From contig CM119263.1 of NCBI GenBank assembly GCA_051294375.1, positions 3,986,161-4,050,160 of the forward strand: 64,000 nt of DNA. The letters run 5' to 3'. Numbering within the stretch: position 1 is the first letter of the stretch; each line of letters starts with the position of its first letter. The notes below the pieces were generated by a model. It had not been told where the DNA came from. It saw nothing but the letters and a program-made list of their open reading frames with translations, and searched no databases. Source of the stretch: Paraspadella gotoi. Taxonomy: Eukaryota > Animalia > Chaetognatha. The translations under genes and the position numbers were made by a program. Below are positions 39,227 to 52,059 of the stretch, piece by piece.

Positions 39227-39583
39227 ATGGTGTATTCTCTCGCTTCTCTGGTCATCACACTTGTGCTCAATGTTCTGGACTTACTGTCGGACTTACGGAC
39301 CACATCATCACATTTAACCTCGGACAGCGTGACAACACGCGTCATTGGTTGGATCCTTGGCGCCATCCTGTTTAGGCCATGCCCTTGTCTCTTGTCTGTA
39401 CAGCTTTCCGTTTGTCTGGAGGTTCTCGGCCAAGTATTCAAGTCTGATAAAGAATCATTGGCGACGCTCAGCGACAATGGTCTTGTATCTGCTAGGACTG
39501 GCCTCCGTTCCCATCATGGTGGACCTCTACTTGGAAACTGAATCAAAATTTGCAAGGGCAAATGGGATTTGAGAAAGTTAAAG
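39227..39583 (+). pseudogene. XK-related paralog B exon 1 (copy truncated by the gap at 40165)
   Basis: Matches 52775-53129 apart from homopolymer indels. Confidence 0.7.
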
Positions 39584-39804
39584 GTACTTATAAAAAATAA
39601 AAGTTAAATTTTGATAGGGAATGGTTTAAAACTGAGCAAACTTTGTTAAAGAAATTTAATTTCTAAATTTAATTAATCAATATTAATCTATAAGCATGTG
39701 ATAATCCTTTCTTTTCGTTATTTAATATTTAGAAAAAACAAAGTGTTTTTGTAATTTTTTACAACGATTTTATTTTAATAGATCTAATCTATAAGCATAA
39801 AGTA

Positions 39805-40146
39805 TTTTTAGTCGGATCTGCTTTCAGCAGATCCCAACTCTGTAATTCACTGGAATCGTTCGAGTGGAAATGAGTTTAAATGGAAAAACATAAGTCGCAT
39901 TTTACTAAAATCTTTTTACTTATTTTACCCATAATTACTCGAATTAATTCATAATTGAATCAATAGATTGAGATGAAATTTTTGTGTGCGGGTAGGAAAG
40001 TGTGTGAAGAAGCTAGATATAAAGTATTGACGGAATTGTGCCAGTGGAAATGAGTTTAAATGGAAAAATACTTAAGTCACATCTACTTGAATCTTTATTA
40101 TTTATGATTACTAATAAATGTTTTAATTAAATATTTAATTAATATT
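39805..40146 (+). mobile_element. HINE, 5' part (full copy at 53350-54108)
   Basis: Begins TTTTTAGTCGGATCTGCTTTCAGCAGATCC. Confidence 0.7.
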
Positions 40147-43100
40147 GATACTCTCTTCTTTTTTNNNNNNNNNNNNNNNNNNNNNNNNNTTTTTTTTTTT
40201 GCTCGCGGTCTTCGTTTCTCCGAATTCATTTCCTCCGATTAGCCAATTTCCTCCTCCTCTTTTTCTTCCTCCTTCTCCTACTTGTTTCCTTCCTCTCCTT
40301 CTTTTCCTTCTCCTCCTATTCTTCCTCCTCTTCTCCCTCTCCTTCTTCTCCTTATTTACCTCCTCCTCTTTCTTATCCTTTATTCCTACCCTTTACTTTC
40401 CTCTCTTTCTCTCTCTATTTTCTCTCTTTTCTGCGCAATTGGTTTACTAATCCCTTTCCCAGTCCCCAACATAATCCCCTGTCTCCCCTTCCCCTTTATT
40501 CTCCTCTTCCTTCTCCTCCTACTCCTCCTCCTCCTCTTCCTTCTCCTTCCATTTTATCCGATTTTCTTGTTCGATTCTTAACTTTTTTTTCTTTTTTTCT
40601 TTAATTTTTATTCTTTTCTTTTGTTTTCCTGTTTGTGATGAGGAGGAAACGAATTAAGAGGAAAAAAGGAGATGGCGACGTTAAAATGGATTAAAATGGA
40701 AACATCTTCTCCCCGACTCTCTCTTCTTATCTTTTCTTTTCTTTTTTCTTCTTCTCTTCTCTTCTCTTTCTTCTCTTTTCTCCTCTTTTCTCTTTTCTTA
40801 TTCTTTTCTCTACATCGTCATCCTCACCCCCATTTTTTTAAAAACGAAAATTCTTCTTTTTTCTTTTTTCTTCTTCTCTTCTCTTCTATTTTCCTTTTCT
40901 CTCCTCTTTCCTCTTTTCCTTATTCTTTCTTCCATCTTTTTCTTTTTCTCTTCTTCGTCATCCCTCGCACCTACCAACAGCTTTTTTTTTAAAAAAAGAA
41001 AACGAAAATTCTTATTTTTTCTTTTTTCTTCTTCTCTTCTCTTTTATTTCTTCTCTTTTCTCCTCTTTTCTCTTTTTTTATTCTTTTCTCTTTTTCTTTT
41101 CTCTTCTTCGTCATCCTCGCCCCCATTTTTTTAAAAACGAAAATTCTTATTTTTTCTTTTTTCTTCTTCTCTTCTCTTCTCTTCTCTTTCTTCTCTTTTC
41201 TCCTCTTTTTTCTTTTCTTATTCTTTTCTCTTTTTCTTTTCTCTTCTTCGNNNNNNNNNNNNNNNNNNNNNNNNNNNNNNNNNNNNNNNNNNNNNNNNNN
41301 NNNNNNNNNNNNNNNNNNNNNNNNNNNNNNNNNNNNNNNNNNNNNNNNNNNNNNNNNNNNNNNNNNNNNNNNNNNNNNNNNNNNNNNNNNNNNNNNNNNN
41401 NNNNNNNNNNNNNNNNNNNNNNNNNNNNNNNNNNNNNNNNNNNNNNNNNNNNNNNNNNNNNNNNNNNNNNNNNNNNNNNNNNNNNNTTTTCTCTTTTTCT
41501 TTTCTCTTCTTCGTCATCCTCGCCCCAATTTTTTTAAAAACGAAAATTCTTTGAAAATCGAGTCACGTTCGAGTCCCATTTTATCATCTTCTCGGTTCCG
41601 GTCAGAATTCATTCAATTTCAGACGCTCTTTGTCATCTTAGGCGTATTTGTCCTTTTTGTCATCCTCGTCGTTTTTTTCATCTTGTTACCTTTATCATCT
41701 TTGTTATCTTTGTTATCTTTTTATCTTTATAATCTTTGTTATCTATGTTATTTTTGTCATCTAAATTCTCTCTGTCATGTCTGTAATCTTTGTCAAGTTT
41801 TTTCTTAATCATCTTTCTTCTTAGTCATCTTTTTCATATCTGTTTTATTGTCATCTTTGTGATCTTAGACAGCTTCATCCTTATTGTCATCATCACATTT
41901 TAGTCCAAATTAAATTTTTTTTTCTTTTAGTTCTTTTTATTACCTTTAACTCGTGTCTTTATTCTTGTCTTTGTCATTATAATCATTGTTAATATTGTCA
42001 TTGAATTCCCCTTTGTCATCTTCGTCTTTCGTCGTCTTTGTCGTCGTCATTTTTTTTTATCCTAAGCCTAAGGTTGGAAGAATTTCTCGAACGACGATTT
42101 CTTCCAGCATGGAGACATGGCATGGTAAGGTAAAGTGTTATTCCATGGCAGCGATTTCTAGTTCCTCAATCATTTATATGGCAAATTTCTGCAACAACGT
42201 GACACCACAACTGGAAATTCATCGCAACAGCAACGATGGTTTAAATGACGACACCAAGTCGCTTCCTATGGAGACACATGTATATTATATACATTTACTA
42301 TTACATATACTTATACATAGTATACAGTGTTTTTATTTCATCAGAAACTTCTATCGCTCAACAGCGTATCTATGGCGACAGCAACCGCATTACCTTGTTT
42401 CTATGGCAACCGCGACCGCGTTTCCTTGGCAACCACGACGGCGGTTCTATGGTGACGCCTTCAAGGTTTTCCCTCGAGACAAAAAGAAGATTAGGAAATT
42501 TACTTTTGTTCTTCAAAGCGGAAAATCGGGGATCAGACAGAAAAGAGGAGATGAAAGAAAGAAAAAAAAGAAAAAAAAATTATTGGACAAAAGAGACAAA
42601 AATGAGGTGATGGTCCACCATGTGAACATGGGGTGAACATGGGATGAACATGGGGGTGATCATGGGGTGATCATGGGGTGAACATGGGTTGAACAAGAAA
42701 GAGAGCTAAAGAAAAGGATAAAAAGAAAGAAAGAAAAAGAAAGAAATGCACGCGAACTTAATTTAATAAGAAAGAAAAAAAAAGAAAGCAATACGTCGGG
42801 ATTACTATGTGAGAAGAATTATGAAGTGAGCCATGAAATAAGAAAAGAAAATGTAAAATTCTAAGAATATAGAGTAATGTTTTAATTATGGGCGAGAGAA
42901 GAAAAATAATTAAGGTTGGATTGATAATAAAAGAGAAGAGCAAAGTAGAATCTTGTAATCTGTGAGAAGAAATTTGCCGACAAATCAGGCGAAGAGATTT
43001 GCCGACAAATCAGGCAAAGAGATTTGCCGACAAATCAGGCGAAGAGATTTGCTGACAAATCAGCGAAGAGATTTGCCGCCAAATCAGGCGAAGAGATTTG

Positions 43101-43237
43101 CGACAAATCAGGCGAAGAGATTGCCGACAAATCAGGCGAAGAGATTTGCCGCCAAATCAGGCGAAGAGATTTGCCGTCAACGCGGGAGAGGATTTGCCGT
43201 GAATCCCTTTACAAAAGAAGAGAGAAAAACCGGAAAT

Positions 43238-43305
<68 letters not shown>

Positions 43306-43634
43306 GAGAAAGGATTTGGAAAACAAATAACCAAGGATACAAGGATATAACTTTTCGCATTGATGAACAAGTTAACTTTTTCCTTTATAAGTAAGCAGCC
43401 TTTGTCAGTCGCTGCCTTTCGTTTCTTTGTGACTCTGCAACGAAATATTGATCATGTTTCTGTCTTCAAGTCCTTTACCATGTCCCTTTGCCATGTCTTA
43501 GATCGAGTTTCAAAGCAGACTTTGACATCTTTTACTACTCAGGAATCACTCAAATAGCCATTTAGTCATTTAATTATTCATTTTTTATATTTCCACCAAA
43601 ATAACTAAAATAATATTCTACTTAACGTCGTTAA

Positions 43635-43956
43635 TATTATCAAAGATGGAATCAGAACCAGAAACAGAATCGGATCCCCGACTCTGATGAAATCAACCGA
43701 GGACTCGCTCATTGGACGAATCACCATCGGAACGAGCCAATGAGAAGACGGGCTTCATGCCATCGGGAAAATGAACTCGTGTCGATGATCCGATCCTGTA
43801 TAAATACTGACCATTTTTGTATTGATTCCATCTGTCTCAAATTCTCACACCGTCTTGCTCATCTTCTATCTGAGAATAAAATCCCCTTTGGTTTCACGTT
43901 GAAATCTCTGTCCACTTAAATGTGGTGGCAGCCGTGGGATTCGAACCCACGCCTCC
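43635..43956 (+). mobile_element. LTR-like unit plus 34-nt antisense copy of the mature tRNA-Leu 3' end, flanked by TTAA
   Basis: Inverted CCAAT boxes, TATA (CTGTATAAATA), AATAAA, then TGGTGGCAGCCGTGGGATTCGAACCCACGCCTCC (43923-43956), the reverse complement of GGAGGCGTGGGTTCGAATCCCACgGCTGCCA-CCA. TTAA at 43631 and 43957. Confidence 0.75.
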
Positions 43957-45670
43957 TTAAATGATGTTATCGTCGTTTTTTGCGCCAAATTTTAATTTCT
44001 ACAAAACGATTCGACGGGCGAAAAGGCATAGACACGGTTGTTGAAAGTGTCGCCGACAGGTTATTTAACTGGTTATTGCTACGGTCGTTGACACGCTCGT
44101 TGACACGGTTTCTGAAATATTATTTAAATGTGTATTGCTCCGGTCGTTGACTCGGGCTGTTAAATATTTCCGTGTTTCACGTTTCCCAAAAATCGTTGCT
44201 TTTTTGCCTAAAACGTTTATTACATATCTGAGTTAAGAAACTTCCCTTCGTGAGACAAAGCAAAAAGTAAGTTCGTAGTTCTCACGCTTTACGACCGTGA
44301 AGCAGGTTCGTTTTAATGTTACTTTAAATGATTTAATTTAGTACTAAGGTTTTTATTAAATCGTTTTATATTATTTTTTATAGCCCAGCATTCCATGCCG
44401 TTCTATGCCGTTCCATTCTGTCCATTATGTCTTCTGTATCTCGATCGCATCATGTTTGTATCTCGATCGTATTTCGACTGCATCGACATTTGGTTACTCA
44501 ATATTATTCAGGTTTCTAATTTTGAACTCTATACGGGCAAAAATCGCAGCAGCCGCCGCAGCCGAATCACGACGTCTGTTTTCGACACAAACAATCCGCT
44601 TTTTCTCTTTTCGTCTCAAGTTTAAACTTCCTTCACTTACCTTTCGCTTTCCTTACCTCCCTTACCTCGTTTTTGTCCATCCCCGCCGCCGCCCTCCCCC
44701 GTCACCCACAACCCTCGACCCACTTTTCAACTTCCCCTCCCTTCTTTTTAGGAGACGAAAGAAAAAGCGAATTCAAACGAGTTTTTGACAGAAACCAATA
44801 AATTTTTATTCACGTTCCTCGTAGTTGGTGGAGATAGAAAGGAAAGGAGAAAGAGATAGAAAGGGAAGGAGGTAGAGATAGATTAGGGGTGAGGGAAGGT
44901 AAAAAGAAAAGAAAAAACATTTATTAAAGGAGGCTCTCTCTCTTTCTCTTTCTCTCTCTCTCTTTCTCTCTCTCTCTCCTCAGTAGTTGACCACAATAAT
45001 AAATACAAAATGCTTAAATACAAAAAGAACATAAATCACATATATTCTTTTTTTTTTTTCATTTTAATTCGTTTCCATTTTTTTTCCTCTTTTCCTTTTT
45101 TTTCTTTTTTTTTCAATTTTAACCTCGTTTTTTTCCTACTTTTTTTTTATCATTATGACCTCGCAGTTTTCTCCTCTTCCTCTTCCCCATTCTAAGTAAG
45201 GTTTTTTTGCAAATCGCCTCTCATCTCATCTTACAAGTAAAATGTAGCTTTCAAACGGTCATCTCAATTTTAATTTATTATGGATTATCTCTAATTACTT
45301 ATTAAACTGTTATACCACTTCATTCATAAGAAAGCCAGGTACTCTGGAAGTGAAGAAAAGAGACTGTTACAGAGTCTTGATTGAAAGCTTGCAGGGACCT
45401 GCTCTGTCATTATCTAGTAAGAGTGATGGAGGCCTTAAACCAAGATAAAATGTTCAAAGACAGGGGCAAGATAGCTTGTTTTTTAAATGAATGGATAATT
45501 TTATATTGGTTGTACCAATTTCATAGTATTCATAGTATTTATAGTATTGTATTCTTTTTTGTTCCATTTGCAACTTCTGCTTTAATTGAATTTTAGTTGT
45601 GGTTTGATGTTTTGTTTGTTACTGTATATCTCACACAATGTTTTCAGTCTAAAAATAAAATAGTCTCAAG

Positions 45671-48600
45671 ATGGCGATTTCTCTCGTCATTGTGAGTGTG
45701 CTCAACGTTCTGGACTTATTGACGACCATACGGACAAACAGCAATGCAACATATTGACGTCGACAAGCGTGACGTCAGCGGCATCATCGGTTGGATCCTT
45801 GGTGCCATCTTGTTAGGCCACGCTCTCGTTTCTTGACTGGAGATTCTCGGCCAAGTATTCAATTCTAATAAAGAAAATCATGCAGACAGACTTTATTTGA
45901 TCCACGACACAATGAAAAATAACGTGGCGTTACTGTTCCGCTCATAAAAAAAATTCACTGTTCAATATTATTATATTTCTTTTTATTTTTTGAAACATTA
46001 TAGTTTCATATGTCGAATATCCAAAAATATCAATGCAAAATCTTTTTTTTGTTTTTTAGATATGACCGAATATAGGGTGAAATTTTTAAAAAAGTTACTT
46101 ATTCATATTTATTCCTAGAATTGTAATAGAAAAAATAAAAAAAAATAATAGTACCAATAGTTAGTGTTATGTCTCAAATAGGTGGAAAAAAAACCTCATT
46201 TAAAATTCGATCGGGAAGTGGGGTAACTAAGGCTTACAATGGCATCCTCACACGCGATATGTTCTCACAAATAATTTTTTTTAATTTTAATACATTTGAA
46301 AGGGAAAAAAAGAAAATTCAGAATGCAGGTTGTTATAAAGGGTACAGAATATCTGGACTTACTGACATGATAACCATGACCTTTTATATCTTGTGAAATG
46401 GGGGCAGTAAAGATATCTAAAAAATTAGATCATTAAGTCAGTCAATAGAACCCTTTCTAATGGGCTATTATGAGAAAATATTTTTTATTAATTAAATGGA
46501 TAATAAAAATAATAGAATTAAATTCCTTGCTATATTTAAAAGAAAATTATCAATACAATTTAACATAATGATGTCTTGCTTTGTCAAATATATTGCCAGT
46601 TATATAATTTTTTAAAACTTTATTATGATAAACAAGCTGTGTGTCAAGCTTTTAGTTTGCAGTTAAAGATAATGAAAATACCAATTTTTTTTTATCAGAC
46701 AAGAAGGTAGATGTCCAGACTGTTTATATCAACTGAAAACATTTTTGTATTTATCATTATTTGATATTTAAAAAGACATTTTGTCAAGCTACAACATAAA
46801 TTTTTGCTTGTTTTTACTTTACTTAAAAATATAAGCAGTTTTATGGAATAAAGAAAATTTAATAATAATCAAATGTAATTCAGTTTTTCCTTTTCAAATT
46901 ACAAAAGAAAAATAAAAAAATTCATATGCCTTCATTGAAATTTTTAAAGCAAAAAACTGTTATACTTTTAACTCTGATTTAAACAAAAGCTGTATAAATA
47001 TTTATGGATTTAATTTAATAAAACTTTTTTAAAAAGGTGTCCCATGATTAGGGCTTTAATTTGATACCACACCATCTTGCTAGCTCTTTTCTTTCAAAAG
47101 TTATTTAAAAAAAGAACTTTTTTCAAACTACGCAGTATAAATCTTTGTTAAATAAAAATTTTGGTAAAGCAGGAGTATCTCACTTATTCTATTGATACAA
47201 TACTTAAATTTTAAAATAAAACTTGAAGAAAATTTTTTTGTCATTTAGAGATGTAGCACTTTCAGATGTACCCATCGTAATAATAATTGATTTATTTATT
47301 TCCCCCAAAAAAGCCTAATTAAAAAAGTTAAAATTTTTTCAAATTGTTGGAAAAAAATTTCCTCCGACCTATGCTCATTGAGAATAATGGTTTTGCATAG
47401 AAATAAAAATATTCAAAAAATAAAAAAATCAGCCTCTAGAAAAATCGAAAGGCTAGAGGCTGATTTTTTTTAGAATTGCAAAATTTTCCTAATCAATCCA
47501 TTATTCTCAAAAACATTTTTTTCCAAAATCATTCAATCAATTTTTTTTTATTAATTTAAAATGTTTTTATGATGTTGTTTTTGTTTGAAAGAATTGAAAA
47601 AAAATGAAAAATATAGTAATTATATAAGGTTTTTGGAAATACCTCTAAAATATTAGATAATTAGACACAAGGGGAGTAAGCAGAGAAAACTTCCCATTCA
47701 AAAAAAATTGAAAATGAATTTGTCATATTGTTATTTAGATTAATTGACTAATTACAAACATATGATTCATATAAATTGAATAAATGATGGGTAAAAAAAA
47801 TATTCATCTTGGTCTCGTTAACTATTAAGTTATCGTTAAAGTTTTGTTTTAATAATATTAATATTTTTTTTGCATTTATAAAAGCAATGGTCTAAAATTT
47901 GTAAGCGTTTCGAGCTATATTGCTTCATCTTTTTTACTATTTTTATCTAGTTAGCTTTTTTGTTGATGGTCAAGGTTATGGTCAGAACACAGTAATGTCC
48001 AGTAGTGTATATCGCACATATTACCAAAAGTAATAATCAATTAATTTGGTTCAGAAACAATTTTAAAGGAACAAAATCAGCACGAGACAGTAACGCCACG
48101 TTATTTTTCATCATGTCCCACATCTTTTTTGAGTCTTTTGCTCAACTGATTTTTCAAACTAACTCAGCGGTTCTGTCATGGACCGCAGAATGTAAGCAGA
48201 TTTGCATCCAGCAAAATTCTTTGAAGAAATATGTGCCATCATTACAACGGGTCTATGAACTTAATGCAAACAGTGACCTAATGCAAACTAATATTGAACG
48301 CGAATGTAGCACTGCGTGCAAAGGTAGTTTTTGGGTTCTTTTTTAACTGTTGATTGATTGATTTTTTTATTGAGTGATTTTTTGATTATTTATTGCAAGA
48401 TTGATTGACATTGATAGGTTTTTTAACTTCATAGATGGAATATTTGTAAATTATCTGCATAATTACCGAGAGCCAGCTTGAAAAAAAATTACTTCATTAC
48501 ATTTTTTAATTATCTTTATAATGAGCGGCTTTCTCTCTCATTATCTCTCTCTCTCTCTGAATTCAATTAAAACAAGTTTGAGCAAACAATGTCTGATCTG

Positions 48601-51421
48601 CCCACGATCATTATCGGTAATTAATTAAATAATTATTTAATTAATTAATAATTAATTTATTCAAGTTATTTATTTAAATAATTATGCAATTATGCAATTA
48701 ATTTGATCTAAAATGTTTGTTTTAATTGATTAATTAACTGATTAATTAATTATTGATTATTTAATTGACTAATTGATTAATTAACTAATTAATTATTTGA
48801 TTAATTAATACATCTTGCATTAACATTTAAAATAAAAAGAAAAAAAAGCATAATCAATTAGTGGAACAGGTTCTTTGTTTTTTTCCATTTACACTCATTT
48901 CCACTCAAACGATTCCATCGAAACTTAATTTCCAGTTTAATCACACACTTTTCCACCCAAATACAAAATTTCAAGTCAATCGCCCCATCCACTCATGAGT
49001 AATTGGTGTTCAAATAGTGAAATATATTTTTTTGTTTTTTTCATTTAAACTCATTTCCACTCGGGCGATTCCATCGAAACTTCATATCCAGCTCAATCAC
49101 ACACTTCCCTACCCACACACAAAATTTCATTCCAATCCATCCATCCAATCACGAGTAATTGGTTTTTTTTGCTAAGGTGGGACGGACGGACGGACGGACG
49201 GATGGACAAACGGACATTGTTTTTTTTGCATAATTTATCATAATTCGATGTTCTGACATGATATAAGTTAATGCCCGACAAGATTGAGGGGGCGGACCGA
49301 CGGACCGACAAAGTGAATTATAGAGTCGGGATCCGACTAAAAAAAATATCGAAGATAAAACTAATTATAAAACTTTAATATTAGGGTCATCGAATCAAGA
49401 CCAGATTTGGTTCTCCCTTGGCCTTGAGGTCTAATTTCAAAAACCCTTATTTCTCTATTTCAAAAGGAAACCATGATCTGGGTTTGTTACGAATGATTTA
49501 TGCTTCTGGCCAGTAAGCGACTACTTCCTTCTGGCATCAATGGCCTTGTCAACAGCCATCAAATACCAAATCAAATTACAAAATTATTGCAGGTATTTAA
49601 TAAATATTTCTTTATAATGGAGATGTAGAAAAAATTAAACATAAACATGGTATAAAAATTTATGAATTTCACGTGAAGATTTTCTACATTTTTAAAAAAT
49701 GCCTTCCCTTTATTCCTTTTCTTTTTCAATCCATTGCTTAAGCATAACATATTCGAGTTTGCTTCTCAATGCTTACTCCATCTTAACCACTTTCTAACTT
49801 TCTAACCCTAAGCAACATCCTCATTTTTGAAGATGCAGTCAATTTGAATCCTTATTTCACTCTATTTTCATTTTTAATCCCTTTGCGGGTTTTCACTCCT
49901 GCTATGACCTTTGTATTGATGAAGGATCTGCTTCTTGGCTGTGAACTGCGGTGGCAACTGGATCGAACGCTGCTCCACGCTCCCCTGCTACAGTCCAACT
50001 TGAATCTTCTTCTTTATTCATTTATGTTTTTCTTGAAAAAACAAAATGCAATGCTTTATAACTATTATATTATTGGATGGGGTCTGCAGTCGTTGATTTT
50101 TGACAGATCCGCCATTTTGGTTTTCTTTGGAAGCCATTAACCGCATGATCAATGTTATTTTACCACAAAAGGAATTATCAACAGGATGGGATGAGAGAAG
50201 GCAGTTTTTCCTAGCAATATTACCTTCTTACTGGATGAAGAAATGTTACCTAAACATTACCGTATTTACAATGCTCTTCATTTGGGAAATTATTTTATTT
50301 TAAAATTCCTCACATAACTTTTTGATAATTCTCATGATAGACATTGTTATGGGATCTTTGTGCAGCTTTTTGGTTTTATACTTAAAAAATATTTTTGGGA
50401 AATACTTGTTGGCTTCAATAACTCAGTATCTATTTGAACATGTATGCCTCGATACAATATATAAATTTGTTTTCTTTCTTTTGGGTTAGTCTACCTTGGA
50501 CTAAAAAACCACAAATGCCATATTTTAGAGAAATCTGCCGTTGATTCAATGTGGTATCATTATGCGTTTTTGAATGTAATTTTAATTTTAAGTCCTATAT
50601 TTCTGTATGTCTTTATTTTCTTTCAACTTGAAAAAATATTGGTAAAAGCGCCTGTTTTGAATTATGGTTTTCAGGTTATTTTTAGTCTTTCAGTAATTAG
50701 TGTTTTATCTTTGTCTCTGACACCAATACTAACTGTCGGTATTCGTGTAATTTTCAGTAAAATAAACAACGACAACTACAAAATATCCTGGAAAAAAATA
50801 TTTTTTTTTCGGATTTTTATTTTATGGATCAACTTATTTATATTTGAGCCAGTCCTCACAACTTAGAACCCATACTAATTTATCGTCCAAATTTGAAAAT
50901 CTTATCGAATATTCAAATTATTTTCATACTGAGGCGACTTACCACCGGTCTCTCTCCTCTTTCTCCGTGCCGGTCTCTCCACACGGTCACTTTGCCCTAG
51001 CTTTGGCAATGACCTTAGATTGACCGGACACAGTAATAGGGCCGAGGCGACCGTAAGGTCAAGTTGGTCCGGGCAATGATAAAAGTGGATCAGGAGAGAG
51101 CTCGTCTCACTTCATTTCTACTTCTCTTACATCGTCACAATTCTTCACCTTCTCCTCACTTTTATCATTATTATTTAGCGAGTTGTTAATCTATTTGCCA
51201 GTTTATCAAGTGACCCAATCTTTGTACAATGAACAGTTTTGTGAAGTTTATAATAAAATGACAAAAAAGTTGACAAATTCGAATGTCTCATCGGTTTCAA
51301 AAATATTCGATTCTCATCTCATGATATTTTTTGAAAATATGACAGACATTGTTAGTTCAAAAATTTATAAAGAGAATGTCAATTTGCTTTTGTCCTAATG
51401 CTTATTTTTTGCAATGAGTAA
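45671..51421 (+). pseudogene. XK-related paralog A, second copy/allele, additionally interrupted by a 2.2-kb TIR element
   Basis: Colinear with 34355-37858. Confidence 0.7.
45906..48117. mobile_element. 2.2-kb non-autonomous TIR DNA transposon with 4-bp TSD CCAC (superfamily uncertain, Sola-like candidate)
   Basis: 31-bp TIR GACACAATGAAAAATAACGTGGCGTTACTGT / ACAGTAACGCCACGTTATTTTTCATCATGTC (2 mismatches). CCAC at 45902 and 48118. Empty site TTGATCCACATC at ~34574. Confidence 0.9.
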
Positions 51422-51853
51422 GATTTGGTCAAAAAAAAATTACCCCAATATTTGTCTTACAAATAATTGTTTTTCAGTATTAAAAAAAATACTTCTATAG
51501 TATAGGAGGCAAATAAACTTTTTGATTGGTTTTATGCTTTTTTAAAGTATAAGAATGCTTTTAGCATAGTATACATTACACTTTGGTCAAAAAAAGTTGA
51601 GGTTAGAAGATAAGGTTTGGGTTAGTTATTTTTACAGTCTAATTTTTAATAAAACTTACTTTTATTTAAAAACTTAATAATGATGTAGTCAAAAAAGTAA
51701 ATTAACGTAAGATTTCAGAATGTTTACTTTTTTATCATGCATTCTGAAATCTTACATTAATTGATTTTTTTGACTATATCATTATTAAGTTTTTAAAAGA
51801 GTCAAGACAGCAAGAAATACATAAAGTATTTGTCGATTTAAGCTTATTCTTTA

Positions 51854-52059
51854 GAGAATTGACAAAATTTTTGTTTGCAACGAATTTTATTTATAGTTGA
51901 ACAGACATGTTTCGACTTGTTTTACAAGTCTTCATCAGCGTTTTTGTAAAACAAGTCGAAACATGTCTGTTCAACTATAAATAAAATTCGTTGCAAACAA
52001 AAACTTTGTCAATTCTCTAATTAATAGTAACAACGAAAAAGAAAGGATTACTTCAATAT
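51854..52059 (+). mobile_element. Duplicate of the hammerhead fold-back insertion (ribozyme on minus strand ~51900-51942)
   Basis: TSD AGCTTATTCTTTA at 51841 and 52060; same core. Confidence 0.85.

Noticed and set aside
43684-43692. CTGATGA as a hammerhead core (also 61073)
   Set aside because: No stem II followed by GAAA at the correct spacing; the sister copy at ~32330 lacks the motif.
43923-43956. tRNA-Leu gene
   Set aside because: Only the 3' 34 nt are present, include CCA, and abut an LTR-like sequence; primer-derived rather than a gene.
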